Position numbers and translations under genes: made by a program
Shown here: piece by piece, positions 35,253-48,369 of the stretch
Numbering within the stretch: position 1 is the stretch's first letter
Layout of the letters: each line of letters begins with the position of its first letter
Notes under the pieces: generated by a model
What the model saw: the letters and a program-made list of their open reading frames with translations, nothing else
Told to the model about the DNA's origin: nothing
Databases searched by the model: none
Assembly: GCA_017499595.2 (NCBI GenBank)
Contig: CM039008.1
Location: 1,674,001 to 1,738,000, forward strand
Length of the DNA: 64,000 bases
Direction: 5' to 3'
From: Psilocybe cubensis
Taxonomy: Eukaryota

Positions 35253-38200
35253 TCTGATGCCATTTTGTACCTTTTCTTGTTGTCTAATCCATTGCTCTAT
35301 TCACACCACAAAAATATACACCTAATTAAGAGATCAAAAAGCTTATGACTAGCAGTTTACTCCAGGTTGAGGGACGTCAGTCGGAGCGACCTTCAATCGA
35401 TCGGAGAACTGATACGTGAGACAACAACGGCAGATAGCTGGTAGAAGCGATGTATAACAAGTACATCACAGTCCTCGCGCACTGCCTCGCCCTTCTTGGA
35501 ACGCTAACCACTCGAGTCCCCCATAGAACCCATCGAAAGAATAGAACCACCCACGCATCAAGATACGACAAACATGGAGAAGTTTGGGTCTTCAATGCGA
35601 GTGCGAGGAGGAGGTGCAGGATTGACTGTGGATGCGGAGAGTAATTCCACGTGATGTGTTGATGTTGATGTCAAGGCGAGGTTGCGGTGGTGCAGAAAGG
35701 TTCGGTAGCATGCATGGACTGGGTATGAAAGTGATTTTAAAGCTGCTCGACCATAGAGGAACGAACTGATGCTCGTCAGACCATCGGTTCACGTTTCTGT
35801 GCTGCAGGGAGGATGTCAGCGAGTCCGTATACTGCTTCTTGAACAGCACAATCGCAAAACGGGTGTAGAAACAAAAAAGGGGAATAAACCGGGTGCGGCC
35901 GAACCGCACAATTGACACAAGAGAGCGCAGTTTCCAGAGTTGTTATCGTTTTCCGTGTGCGATGTTGGAAAATATTAATAAGGGCCTGATAGGTGTTGAT
36001 GGATGGAGGCACCGTTGAAGAAATCCATTGAACCATACATGCATGTAACACATAGGATGAAAAACATATCAGATCCGAACTTGTTAAAGCGTGTCATGCA
36101 CTCTACCTTCAACAACCTGCTTAACCAGCCGCCTTGAGAAGAGGTGGGGAGGGAAAGCGGACACTCACTGACACTTTTACGGGTACATGTGAAGAATCGG
36201 CAGGTGCCTTTCAAAGAGGCGTGATAAGCTGTTGTCCCAACTTACCGGATGAAGCAGGCAAATTGCGACATTTGTGAGGGTGTGTCACTTGCGGGAACGG
36301 TATAGACGACGAGCGGTGGTGGTAGAGTGTATTAAAAGCATAGAAAGGGGGCAGGGATACAGGACGTTGGACACACAATGGTTATTTGAAAAGGGGCCAA
36401 TGAACTTTGAAAGACGGGACAGGGGTGGGGAGCGTAAATGCGCCATCTTCACCACGTCTGTGCTGAACTCCTCCATCTCCCTTACCTTACACTCACGATG
36501 TCGAATGCGGTTGTGTACGGTGTTATCCAACTCCCTCTTCCCTTGCAGCAAATACGCAGAAACCTCGTCACACCGTCTTTCATTCCCCTTCCGTTGTCGG
36601 TTTCTACTTGTGTACCGGATCGTTGGAGGTGTTGTGGTGGCGACAGAGGAAGAAATACCGTTGGGGTGTATGTTCTTGGTACGCAGAGGTAAGAAGCGGT
36701 CGTTCAGGAAGCACATGGGCTGGACAACTAGGAGCTCAGTGGATTTGATGCAAATAAACACATTCGTGTAAAAGGAACTGGAAAGGAGGGAGGGAGATTG
36801 GTGGCTTAGATGAGGTAAACACAACAATTAGGAAGTTGGGAAAATCCATAGAATTCAAACTCACGAGTGGAGCCTGGACGGAGGGAGAATGTGGGCATGT
36901 GCGGGGGTAGAATAGTGGGAAGATATCCTTGTCTTTGCGTCGTCTAGGTAAATTTACCGGTTGACATCGTATGCGGAGTGCAAGTTGCTCTCACTTCTTC
37001 CCTTCAAAGTACAGCGCGGTAATTGCATTGCGCCATTTCTCATCATTGTCCGTCGGTACTGCTTCTATCGCTGTGTCTTGTGTTGTCGGAGGTAGTGGAG
37101 GTGAAGTAGGGTGAAGTCAACACCGAAGCACTGAGCAGACGGCGTTGGCGTGTTTGGCGTGTTGTGGATGTGGCAGACCTAATGTTCCGGTATGTGGCTC
37201 TGTGATGACTTTCCTTTGTTCCCAGTTGAATCGGCGGCGGAGGTACTCGTAGAGGGGCAAGGAAGGCAGAGTGTTGTATCAAATTGAGCTGGGAGGGATA
37301 AGATAATGTGGGCATGGAGGTGGAAAAGGTAGTGGTGGAGGTCAGTGCACCTTGTCGCAATTCATCGTCGGACAAGATGTTGAAAAAAAAAAGAAAAACC
37401 TTCGCTCGAGTCACGTTGGAGCGGAGTTATTATTGGCAGTGTTGCGAATGAAAGAACGGTCAAGGTAATAGTGATGCCGATGGTGGCGTGTTCGAGGGAA
37501 GATCGACAGCTAATAGCTATGGGCGTTGTTTATTGTGAAAATGATCATGATCATTTCACTTTGCTTTGCATTGCGTTAATTTTGGGATGGTTGGTGCTGA
37601 TAAACACTGTGCCAACAAGGATCCCGATGACAGACTCAGAGTAAACAAGTGGCAGATAAGATACGAGCGAAAACGTATGATGTTGATTTTGATGGTACCG
37701 TGAATACCCATGATCCCAGAGGGTGCGATTTTGAAAATTTCATCAAGGAGGAACTAGTGTAACCGGAAGATAGTAAATGTTTATGTTGCAATCTTGAACG
37801 GAGTCAGGGCTTACTAGTAGTTGGAGGCCAAATGAACTAAGGACACTGCCATCTTTGGTATCATTCTGAAGCGAGATGGTATATCAGAAGTGGCACTGAA
37901 AAACAAACATCCTAGAATGAGTGGAGGGTCAACACTACCTGCCCATTCGATACCAAAGTTGTCTGCAGTTTCCGGTATAGAACCCACTGCATCCGATGAC
38001 GCAGGCAGTACATCGTCTCCTCTGGACTCGATGTCATAGACTGGACACCTTTTTGTGCGTATTGTCGAGGTTGACCTGGGCGTGTTTCAAGCACGCTCCG
38101 GTGCCTATCAGCAATTCTTCTTCTCCATCATCGTCACTTGATTCATGTTGAAATCGAACTGCTGTGGGAGTCCGAGCCTCATCCCCATTACCACTGGAAA

Positions 38201-39599
38201 TGTATTGCGGCCTCGTACTCAGATGGACGCCATTGCCCCCTAAGCAAGGTCACGCCCTCTTGTAAAGTGGTCAGCCAAGTAGTGTGCTGGGCATTTGTGT
38301 TGAAAGTTGAACAATTGTAAAGAGATTGTCAACATTAGTGAAAAAAAGAGGCAAAGACATATTGCCGTATCTTACCCAATACGACCCCACGCTCGACCAA
38401 CACCGGCAATACGATGTGCACACTATATTTATCCTTGCCTGTGACCTCGTCCGTCAGACTACTGCCCACCTCGCTTGCACGGCATTGTATGATAACCTCC
38501 CAGCCCATGAAGCGCAGTAAGTCGGTGGCAATCATTGGGGTTGTTGTAGTTGAGCCTGGATATGGGAGTTCTGTGATGTCGAGGGTACTTGTAACCCGCA
38601 ATCTGGACCGCTGGTGCCCTAGCACGCCAGCAGCAGCGCCTCGAGTTTGGCCATGAAAGCCGACGATGCAATAGCGAGGGGGAGGTGTGGTGCACTGCAA
38701 CATCAAACAGCGGGGGGCACTGGTGGGTGTTGTCTTAGAAAATATTGAGACTAGATCTGCGAAGACACGTAGATGTGGATTTGGATCCCTCAGCATATCT
38801 GGTTCGCCAGAACTCGGTAGATAAGAGATATAAACTGCAACATAAAGTCAGATACTGAGTGCCAGAAAATCAACAAACCTGTCACCCACCACTTACTACC
38901 ACATTCGCCGGACGTCCAAATACCACTTAATTAATCTGCAGCATGGTAGTTGTGGTTGGGGGTTAAGGCCGTTAAGGCCTTAAGGAGCGGCAATCAAACT
39001 CTGGCTAAGGCATGCCGGCGAACCGAACTCCACAACAGAGGGTGGGAAGGGGCAGGGTATGCGGCTCTGACGGCGTCGTTCCACACGGCATTGTAGGATA
39101 GCAAACATAACACATTATCTAACTCCTTTAAATTCGAATGGTCCTTACTCCAAGACAAATTTCCAGATCTGAGTAGCGACGCAAATCTCAAAAATAGACA
39201 ATCACCGAAGTCTAATTATATGGTACTCAAAGTTATATTTAAGGATACAACTTTAATCCACTAAGTTATTGAGGGAAATCACGACCTCCACTAATGCACT
39301 GATTGAGTTTGTTTTATTAGAATGGCTGCCTTCGCGTCCACACCTGGGGCAGACGTGTAACCTGGAATATGGCCTAAATTGTTTTTTAAATGCCATGATA
39401 CAATCATGGCAAAATTGATGCCCGCAGCGCGCCAGACTGTATATTAATTGAGGAATAGAAATGAGGATGGATTAAAGATCAAGAGAAGGTAGCATACAGG
39501 ATGGGATTGTTGATGAGCCTCTGGCATAGTTGGCATTGACTATGTGAACGAACATAATCTCTCAGCTAGCAAGAATCAAAATTTGGACACAGTATAATA

Positions 39600-40390
39600 G
39601 CATAGCTTCTCCATACTTGAATCAGAGTCTCTTTGTTGATACCTGGAGACGGTGGTCGATCACCAATGGTAGCCTGTTTCAAATAGTAATATAATTATTG
39701 ATATGGTTGCACATAGACATGATGCGACATATACCTGCGTCAGTGTCTGTTCACTAAAAGTGGTTTCGAGTAATTTTATTGACTCGCCGAGGTCTCGTAA
39801 GCCCTGTTCCATGGCTCAGCATCTTAAAATCACATTCCATGTTGAACATTGAAAGAAAAACGTACGGCTTGAACATTAGATATGGCCTCAACTCTCTATA
39901 CAACAAAGGTCAAGGTTTCCCGTGAGGATCCGTAAGTATAGGCCTTAGATATAGGATATATATATTCTTGCCTGAATCACATGGAGTCGGGAATGTTCAA
40001 CGTTTTGTAAATCCTTATTGTAGGTTAATTTCAACTGGCTGATTTCCTATGTGCTGTCCGCTTGCGTGAAAAGAAAAAAAAGTAATTATTTCGACAAACA
40101 TGTTCAATAAGCGTCATGGAAGCCTGTATTTCCTGCGGTATTCTCTGGTGATTGATCAGTAAAGGTGAGTATAATGATTATCTTCATAGAACTGACTTGA
40201 ATATGGCTTTGATTGTGATTGTGATTCATGGAAATCTTCCGGAGGTTTCTAAAATGGTACAAACTGGGCGTCGAGAAGAATTGGCGTTTGTTCAACACCT
40301 CAGCTTTATAGGTAAAAAACCATAAAACCATAGCCGGATTTTGAGTGGCTTGTTCTCTGAGGGGATGTCAAATTTGTTTATTGGAACATG
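39600..40390 (-). CDS. Hypothetical multi-exon protein
   Basis: Short minus-strand exons bounded by splice-like sites; no domain recognised. Confidence 0.25.
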
Positions 40391-40989
40391 GATCTACTTG
40401 GATCGATAACCATAGGAAATCAGGGTCCGTGGAGATGTTTAGATGCACCGATGGCGAATAAATTTGTTGAATGGGACTGTGTAGATGAATGATTGGATGC
40501 ATCAATGGCGAAGATTTTCCGTTTAATGACGATCTGAACGGATGACGTGCGACACGACGCAGTATGCCCTTGATGTCTGGCAGAGGCGTGGTCTATGTGA
40601 CCTTTATCCGACGCAACACGACGCAACATATGGACGTCCGGAGAGCCACAGAGAGCGGTTACTTGTCAAGGTGATTGTCAAGGTGACGGGAGGAACGACA
40701 CATCCCTGCTGGAGGTCACACGCCTCATTCTCTCTCGTTTTTAATCAGCCCTGCGTTCTGTGCGTTAGAGAATAGCTTTGATCGGTGATCAGAATGATCA
40801 ATGATCATCGTATACGCGCGGTGTCGTAGCAGCCGGCCAAACAACGGGCACGTTAATTCAACTCGTTGTTATCGCGCGCGTAAGTCTCAAACTAAACTGT
40901 GAACAAAAGGTGTCGAAATAGCAAAGATGCTTGTATGTCAGGATGTTTGCGAAGTCTCAATAGATATCATTCAACCAGCGACCATGTAC

Positions 40990-41960
40990 ACAAATACGAC
41001 ACTACCGCGGCATAATCTTCTAGTTCCTCTTGTGGTTTTCTTTATGTGTGACTTTGCGGTATGCATCGGAAAGGAGCCTGTTTCTGAGTTTATATACCCT
41101 AATCTGCGTTGTAAGCGCAAATTTGGTCTATAGTAAGTCCAGCATGATCACAACATCCTTTATTAACTCTTTCTTTGTCAAATTTTCATCAAATATACAT
41201 ACTTTATTCTGAAACTCGATGACACTTTCGGCTTGTGAAAGCGCTTTTCTTGTAGCTTGTGCTTCTTGTTGAAGCTGACCAAGTATGGCAAGAAGTTCTC
41301 TGTTATCCTACAAGGCTTGATCAATCACCAGCCTCAAAACTACCCTTAAATATCCAAACCTTTTCTGCGGCTTGGTATATGTGCATCATATCTGCTAGAT
41401 GAGCACGCAATAATTCACTTTCAGTGCATGCTCTGGAAGGAGGGAGAGCCAGAGAGGACGTCATTTTGAAGTGAATAGAGAGACGATACAAACGAGTCAT
41501 GAGAGTACCCAGAAACTATCAGTTCTATTTAAAGAAATTCACAAATTTAATTTGCTAGGTGATCCACTTCTCGACTGGGGTGTAGAATAAGCAGAGTGCC
41601 AAAATTAGACTTGTGGTTTGGGACATGCATAAAGGTCCCGATGCGAGTGTCGATTATCTCCATACTTAGTTCCAACGCACGAATTGCTGCGCAGTGCCCT
41701 TATAGTATACCGCTAACCATAATGGTCCAGGTGCGGAAGGTATATCCTATGTTCATTCCACCCGGTTACTACCTCTTGCAAATGCGCAACTGCAGTTGGA
41801 ATCATTGGGTCACGTACACAATCTAAATTAGTCCAAAACCAGCAAATAACCAGGAACTCGTCATAGTTACGACTCATCATAGCTGCGACGTTGTTCTCTC
41901 CCATAAACTCATCACCCAATTCGGACACCTACTTTCGGAGTGTAGGATTAAAATGGCATT
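40990..41960 (-). CDS. Hypothetical multi-exon coiled-coil protein, divergent from the CACTA partner gene
   Basis: Exons such as GHCAAIRALELSMEIIDTR, ELLRAHLADMMHIYQAAEK, DNRELLAILGQLQQEAQATRKALSQAE. Confidence 0.5.
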
Positions 41961-42074
41961 TGGTTGTACAACGTGCAAATCAAGCTTACGAATCTTGTAT
42001 AAAGGTTTTGCGAGTTTAAAGCCTCCTCCCCAATTACACCCAACCAAGTACCTTCAACAAACGTAGCGTTCTAA

Positions 42075-45000
42075 ATGCTCAGAGGACTTTTTTTAAGCCT
42101 ATCTTCAGCGCCTTCGGATTCCGGAACTGACATTGGGGCATCTGATGCCGTTGGTTCTGACAATCATAGCCCTGAGGAAATACCCCACCTGGAGGCAAAC
42201 ATCCTTGTAAGATAATATCAATACTCTAAGAAATATTAAACGGTTTAAAAGTTGTGGAACCAGGCGGAACCCAAGACACGTCGAGGCTCACGGACAAGAC
42301 GATCTTCCCCCTTAACTGTAAGTTGAGAATTTTACAGCCAATACTGCTTAATCGACTAATGTTTATCAGCGCTCTCGTTCAAAGCTCCGAATATTGGGCG
42401 ACACGGGGGTGGAGCGACCCGAAGAGCCGATAGATAGTGGGACCTCTGGGCGTCCGTTGATAATTGGAAGCCTTCGGAATACAGTACGCTATATCCTATA
42501 AGTATGAGCTGCCAGAAATTTTCACACTGCGGCTCCGGAACAATTTAGGTTTCTGCAGCAGGAAGCCTAGACTCCGAAAACACGGAGACAGATCAAGACT
42601 GCCTGAGGGAGATATGTGAAAAGGCTCTCGTATGTGTTATATCAGCTAAGTATACGCTGAGAGACATGCTTATACAACATAGGGTGGATACCAAGAATCA
42701 GATGTTGTTACCGCAGCACGCATGATCGTGAGTTTAGCCTCATAAACGGAGCATTCACACGTCTCACAATGCATCGTGCGACAGCCTGGTAGTTTCAACT
42801 TTGGATCTGATGGAGAGGGCGAGCCGATCGAAACTACTCTAGGAATAATTTCGGTATGTGATGTTAATTCTCCATGGCAGTGGTACAAAAATGATAACAT
42901 TTTCATCAAGAACTCCCGAGAGAAGGGCCAAGAACACGCTGACTCAGAATATCGTGCCACGAACTTACAGGTGAGTTACGAAGTAACTGGGTTTTGACTT
43001 TCTTCAATGAATTCTATCAAATAGCGTGCGGGATCCAAGCGTAAACGGCAGGAAGACTCTGACTTGATGGTAAGTAAAAAATCCTTTGATTGTGCGGTGT
43101 ATCAACATATACCCAAGGAAAAGATCAATTGGAATACGGAGTCAGCTCAGGATTCCCATAAACCGGCTGATGTTAACACCAACATTGATATCGGGGTATG
43201 TATGCCCTGTTATTTTTGAGTAACTTGCATAGATCATATTCATTGGTACTTCCACGCACTTAGATTTCACTTGAAGGGCCGCCTTCATTTAAAAGGTCGC
43301 GTGATGATACTAAAAACACAAATGATATGCAAGGTCGGGTAGGTTTAGTTTCATAGGCTCCTCCACAACTCAAACATTTCTGACCTTAAAATATCGCATT
43401 AAGGATTCCAGAGGAGCGGAATGTTTAGTCAGTGGTGCATGGCTCTTCTAATAAGGACAACGCTCAGTTTGTTTCCCATAGGAATATGACGATAGGAATA
43501 AAGTTAGAATTATTGCGCCAACGTCATTTGATGATATCCAAGATACCGTGAGTTGAATGGTATAATTCAGGAAATATGCAGTGATTGAATAGTAACTTCA
43601 GGCACGTAATATAAATCACAGTCTGGCAAAAGAGCTTGAGAATGCATATTCTATCATCAGGTTGTATGAGAGCCATGAACAGGTATGTTATATCTCATTA
43701 GAAGTATCAAATTGCTAATCACCTATGTCAACAGGATACCCAGGACACCCAGAAAACCAATACAAGTACTTTACGTTCAGAGGATCTTGTAAGCCTCTGA
43801 GAGCAATAGCCATCAATATATTGAACTAATCCAACGAAATAGGCCAATGAAATGAATGGAAACGTCAGTCTCCAGCAGGAACGAGATTCTATACAAGAAA
43901 CCTTTGTGGAAATGCTTCGAGTCCATGGTTCTACAACGGAACATACCGAGTTAGAGAAGCCACAGGAAGCACTTGATTCTGAAAAGGCGCAATACCAGCT
44001 ATTTGAGAAACAACTACAGGATGCGAACATTGCGACACAAGAAATGGAGAAGAAATTGCATCAAACTCAGATTGAACTACGGAACATGGCAAATGAACTC
44101 ACTGAGGCAAAGGGTGGGCTTATTGATTCTGAGGAACGCTTGATAAAATTGCAGGCAGACTTCGAAAAGTCCGACATGGAAAAGATGAATGCTCTATATT
44201 CTGCCAACCAGTTGGCTGAATACTACCGGACCCTCTTGATTGAGGAAAAGAATCACTGCAACACTATTTCTGCCAGAAATGAGGAGCAGATAGCCGAAAT
44301 TATCAAGCGCGCAGACGAAGAACTCGCGGATAGCTGCTTGCTTGTTGAAGAAACTGCTCAGATATATGAAGCTACATTGGAAGACCGCCATAGGAGAGAA
44401 GTAGCCGAGAAATGTAAGGCCGAAGTCGAGAAAGCGGCGGCTATGGCAAAACAGTCCCAAGATGCTCTTGCATCCAAGGAAGTCGAACTTCGGGAAGCAA
44501 AGCTAGCCATTAGTCAACAGAAACATGAGCTGGACGCTTCCCTTGAAAGCCGGCGACTTCTTGAGGGTGAATGCGAGCGTATCCTACAACAAATGGATGA
44601 CATCCAGAAGAATTACAATGGTAAACTAGCAGATCAGAGGGAGCGCGCAGAGGCCCATCGCTTGGAGATCTCGCAACTTGATGAAGTTATTCGTGACCTG
44701 CAAGCCCAACTAAGACAATCGGGTCGTAACGAGCAGTCCGACAAACGAAGACTAGAGGAAGAACTTCGAGCCACTAAAAGATCTAATGAACAAGAGCGCC
44801 TTAAACTCCTCACTGATCACTCTTCAAAACTCAACGCCCAGTCACGAGAGCATCAAATCGAGGTGGATTGCCTTCGGGAAGAAGAAAGAGCTATGAAAAA
44901 CCAGCTTGCGGATGTCAACATCCTCTTGCAGGAGAAAAGTGAATTAGTCATCTCATTAGAACAATCCAAGCTCGGCTTGGAGACGGAACTGGATAATCAA

Positions 45001-46749
45001 GCAAGGAAGATGGTATGTTGCAATGATGATGATGAATTGCTGTATTCATGGATAATAAAATATTTTAGGAGGAGTTGGTAACTGCACAAAATACTGTGCA
45101 AAATGAACTGGAACAATTTCGTAGTCAATGTGAGCAGCTTTCCAAGATAGTTGAACAGCAAGCCAAGGATATCGCAGAAGAAGAATCAATGGTAGTGGTT
45201 CGTTATTTCCCGGCAATGCTAGTGTGTCGCATTCTGATCATCTTTTAATTAGACACTCAATCGCGAAGTGGAAAGACTTACAAATGCTCAAAAGAGCGAG
45301 GATATCTATGAAGTAGAGAATAATACCACTATTACATCTGAACACGGTCACCCCAATCGTGTTGACAAGGGAAAGGGTAAAGAACGAGAAAGGACACCTG
45401 TCCTAGACCATATGCTTGTATGCTTTGCGTCTCGTCTTTTGTCTTCTCAGAGAGTCTCAGAGATATTTTTCATAGGCTAGCCCAGGCTTTCAGCCACCCA
45501 CGTCCTTATCATCATCGCAAAGCGCCGGTTTAGTAAGGCGCAGGACACTCTTTTTCAAACTCGCATACATCATTAAGGTCAGACTCTCATATGGTTAGGG
45601 ACACGAGTCAATCTCTAGCGTCCCCGTTTTTGCAAGAGGACGCCATAACTACAAATTCCGACATCAAAGCCATGCTTTCTGAACTTGTAATCCAAATTCG
45701 TGGAGACACGAGATCAAAGTCAACAAGACCTCGTAATAGTCCCTTTAGAGCCGAGTCTCCAACCCCCCGTCCGCGGACAGTCCATCGAAATGATTTAACG
45801 GTGTGCTAATTCCAAAATTTTTTTTGAGCATCAAACTAAACGTTATACAGAGAGAAGTCCGTTGCTACATGAATAAACTTTTGGAAATTAAGCAGGATTC
45901 CAGCATCACAACTGCCTATGAAAATGGCCACTTTATTACCGAGGAAGAATACGAAGCTTTTGAAGAAGGCACAATGGATTTTGAGGATATTTCCATCGAC
46001 TTCCTTAGACCATATTGGAAAAAGCCGAAATGCTCTTACAATGCACTGTTGGCTGAAGACTTCACTGAAAAATTTGTCGCTGAAAATCCTGAGTTTGAAG
46101 ATCACAGGGAGGAAGTTTCGACTCACTTTATTCAACGAATTGGTTCTTTGAAAGCCCATCTCTCTCTAGCATTGTCGAAAGCAGGGGAATCCGAAGCACA
46201 GCGTCAAGAATGCACAGCAAGAAAAAATAAAGCCGTCCGTCAAAATACTTGGCGATATAATGTAAATCAATCCTTGTTATGAACCTCTTTTCGAAGCAAA
46301 CTTACACAATGTAGGGTTACAACCGCCGTGTAGCCGATGTAAAAGCACGTGCCGAAATAGATCCAGCATACGCACCAGTACTTGAAACCATCGAATGCCT
46401 CGGAGAGTATGGCTACAGCTCTGACGAGACGGATACCAGCGTCCCCAGAGGACAAGGCTACCTTGTAAGACGAAAATTGTGGCGAAACAAAAAGTTACGA
46501 CGCGTTATAAAGATGGCAAATGATTGCCGTAGAACAACAAATATCAATGGCAATAGCTTGCCAGGGGCACAACAAAGACCTCGCCGTTATCATGATAGCT
46601 ATGGACCAATCAGTGCAGCACCGGAACCTGTTGGAAAGCCCATCAATTATTACGACTCTGATTTCTTGGACGAGCTCTCAGCAACAGAATTTAGAGTGCT
46701 GAGACCCACTAGCCCTCGCCCATTTATCGGAGAGGAAGATGAAGATTAA
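42075..46749 (+). CDS. Large multi-exon coiled-coil protein with a C-terminal SSDE..WR..PINYYD domain; likely CACTA partner (TnpA-position) gene
   Basis: About 390-aa coiled-coil exon (43843-45012); last exon LGEYGYSSDETD..YLVRRKLWRNKKL..KPINYYDSDFLDELS; start approximate. Confidence 0.7.
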
Positions 46750-48369
46750 CTCCTTTAGGGTGTGGAGGATCAAGAATCCACTTCCTATAATTAATATAGT
46801 ATTATCGACTTCCAAATTTCATGAATTTCTATTACACTCACGAGCATGATGCATTACACAATCCTGAGTCCTGTGTGTAATATGTTTTCGGATTTATCTC
46901 TGACATCTGTATATTTCGACGTTTGCACGATTACAGCGTGAAAACTTGGTGTCGGCCATGAATCCACAACTCGTTCTCCAAACTACACCCAACGCCACCA
47001 AAGCTATATGCCATCCACGCCACCAATGTCCTCCCCGATGTAGAAACCCATGCACACCGGAGATGATCCTGAATCTGGCTCATAAAATACGAAGGTTGCT
47101 GCACGCGCATTCTCTTGGTACATTGGCGGGATGTATGAATTTGGAACGGAATGAGAATGCAGATTTACCCCACGGAAAAGGGTGTTGGAGAGGTTTACGA
47201 GAATGGAAGATATGGGAAGAAGATCCGCATGCAAGAGAATTCAGCGTGGATCCATGCATATGCAACCGTGAGAGCATCTGCACTACTGACGTGATGGTCG
47301 TGCAGGGCAGGAGCCTTAGGCCAGATGCATTGCAGACGCGTTCAACAGCCCTGAAATAAAAGGTTTTAAAGGAGTTTATTAGCTTGTAGTGGCTATGGAT
47401 TAGCTTTGTAAATGTTGAGGCTCAATACATCTAATAATATTTCTGTAAAATACAAGCATCGTACACCCAAGTAACTGTTATATCGTACTCTATACACTAA
47501 TACCTAACCCTTATAGATGCCACAACATCGGTCAAGCGACCCCCAGACGTTTTTGAGTTGACGATTCCATAACCTCCGGTTCCTCGCCTCCGCCTCAATA
47601 CCGCAATGTCGCTCATTCCAACAGCTTTCTCTCGTTTCCATACTTCCTTGGCACTAGCCCAAAGTTTCTCGGCCCCGCCCAATGTCCAGAAGACAGACGG
47701 AAATGAAATTTGTAGTGAAGCATTTCGAAGAGGATACGTACGTGGAGGATGTTTGTATGCCATTTACATTGTTTCCTGCTTTTTTGGGGGGTTTGGGGCG
47801 CCGAATACGTTAGGGTTGATGTGTAGAGATGTGTGTATGAGCTTTGGGTGGGTTGGTGGTGTGAAAGTTGGGAGGTTGAGTCTTTGTCCTTCGTGTCATC
47901 CATTGGTCCGTGGCTTGTGTTCAAACGTTCTTGATGGAACAGTGTACGCGACAGGACAGCATTGCTGCTGCTGGTGCGGAGGCTCGTTGACAATCATCGA
48001 ATCGAAGTCGCGGTCGCGCATCTGCCTTGGATGTCCGTGTTGCTTTTGCACCTGTGTGTTGTCGCTGTTGCGAATCCGACTGTGTGTCTTGCTGAGTTTG
48101 AATTGAAAGTGACATAGGTGACAGGTTTGCACCACTGGAGTGCCGCCGGTCTGCATCACCGGAGATGCTGCAGCTGAGTGCTACGGTCTGCCTCACCGGA
48201 GTGGCACGGAGTGCAGCATTTCAAACTCCGACACCGTCCACTGCATCAATTGGCAATGGTAGTCTCGCAAGCCAGACCTTCTGAGGTGACCTGATTTTCT
48301 AATCTCGGCTCCAGATCTTCGGGAGCGGTCAGCGGAGAATGAAATCGGAGTCAAAATTTCTGAGAAAAA

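Noticed and set aside
39391-39411. Helitron 3' hairpin (TGCCATGAT-ACA-ATCATGGCA)
   Set aside because: No CTRR terminus at the expected distance and no Rep/helicase gene in the window.
41596-41826. Ulp1-like protease suggested by NHWVTY
   Set aside because: It lies antisense to a better-supported spliced minus-strand gene, and no downstream Asp or Q..DCG motif is visible.
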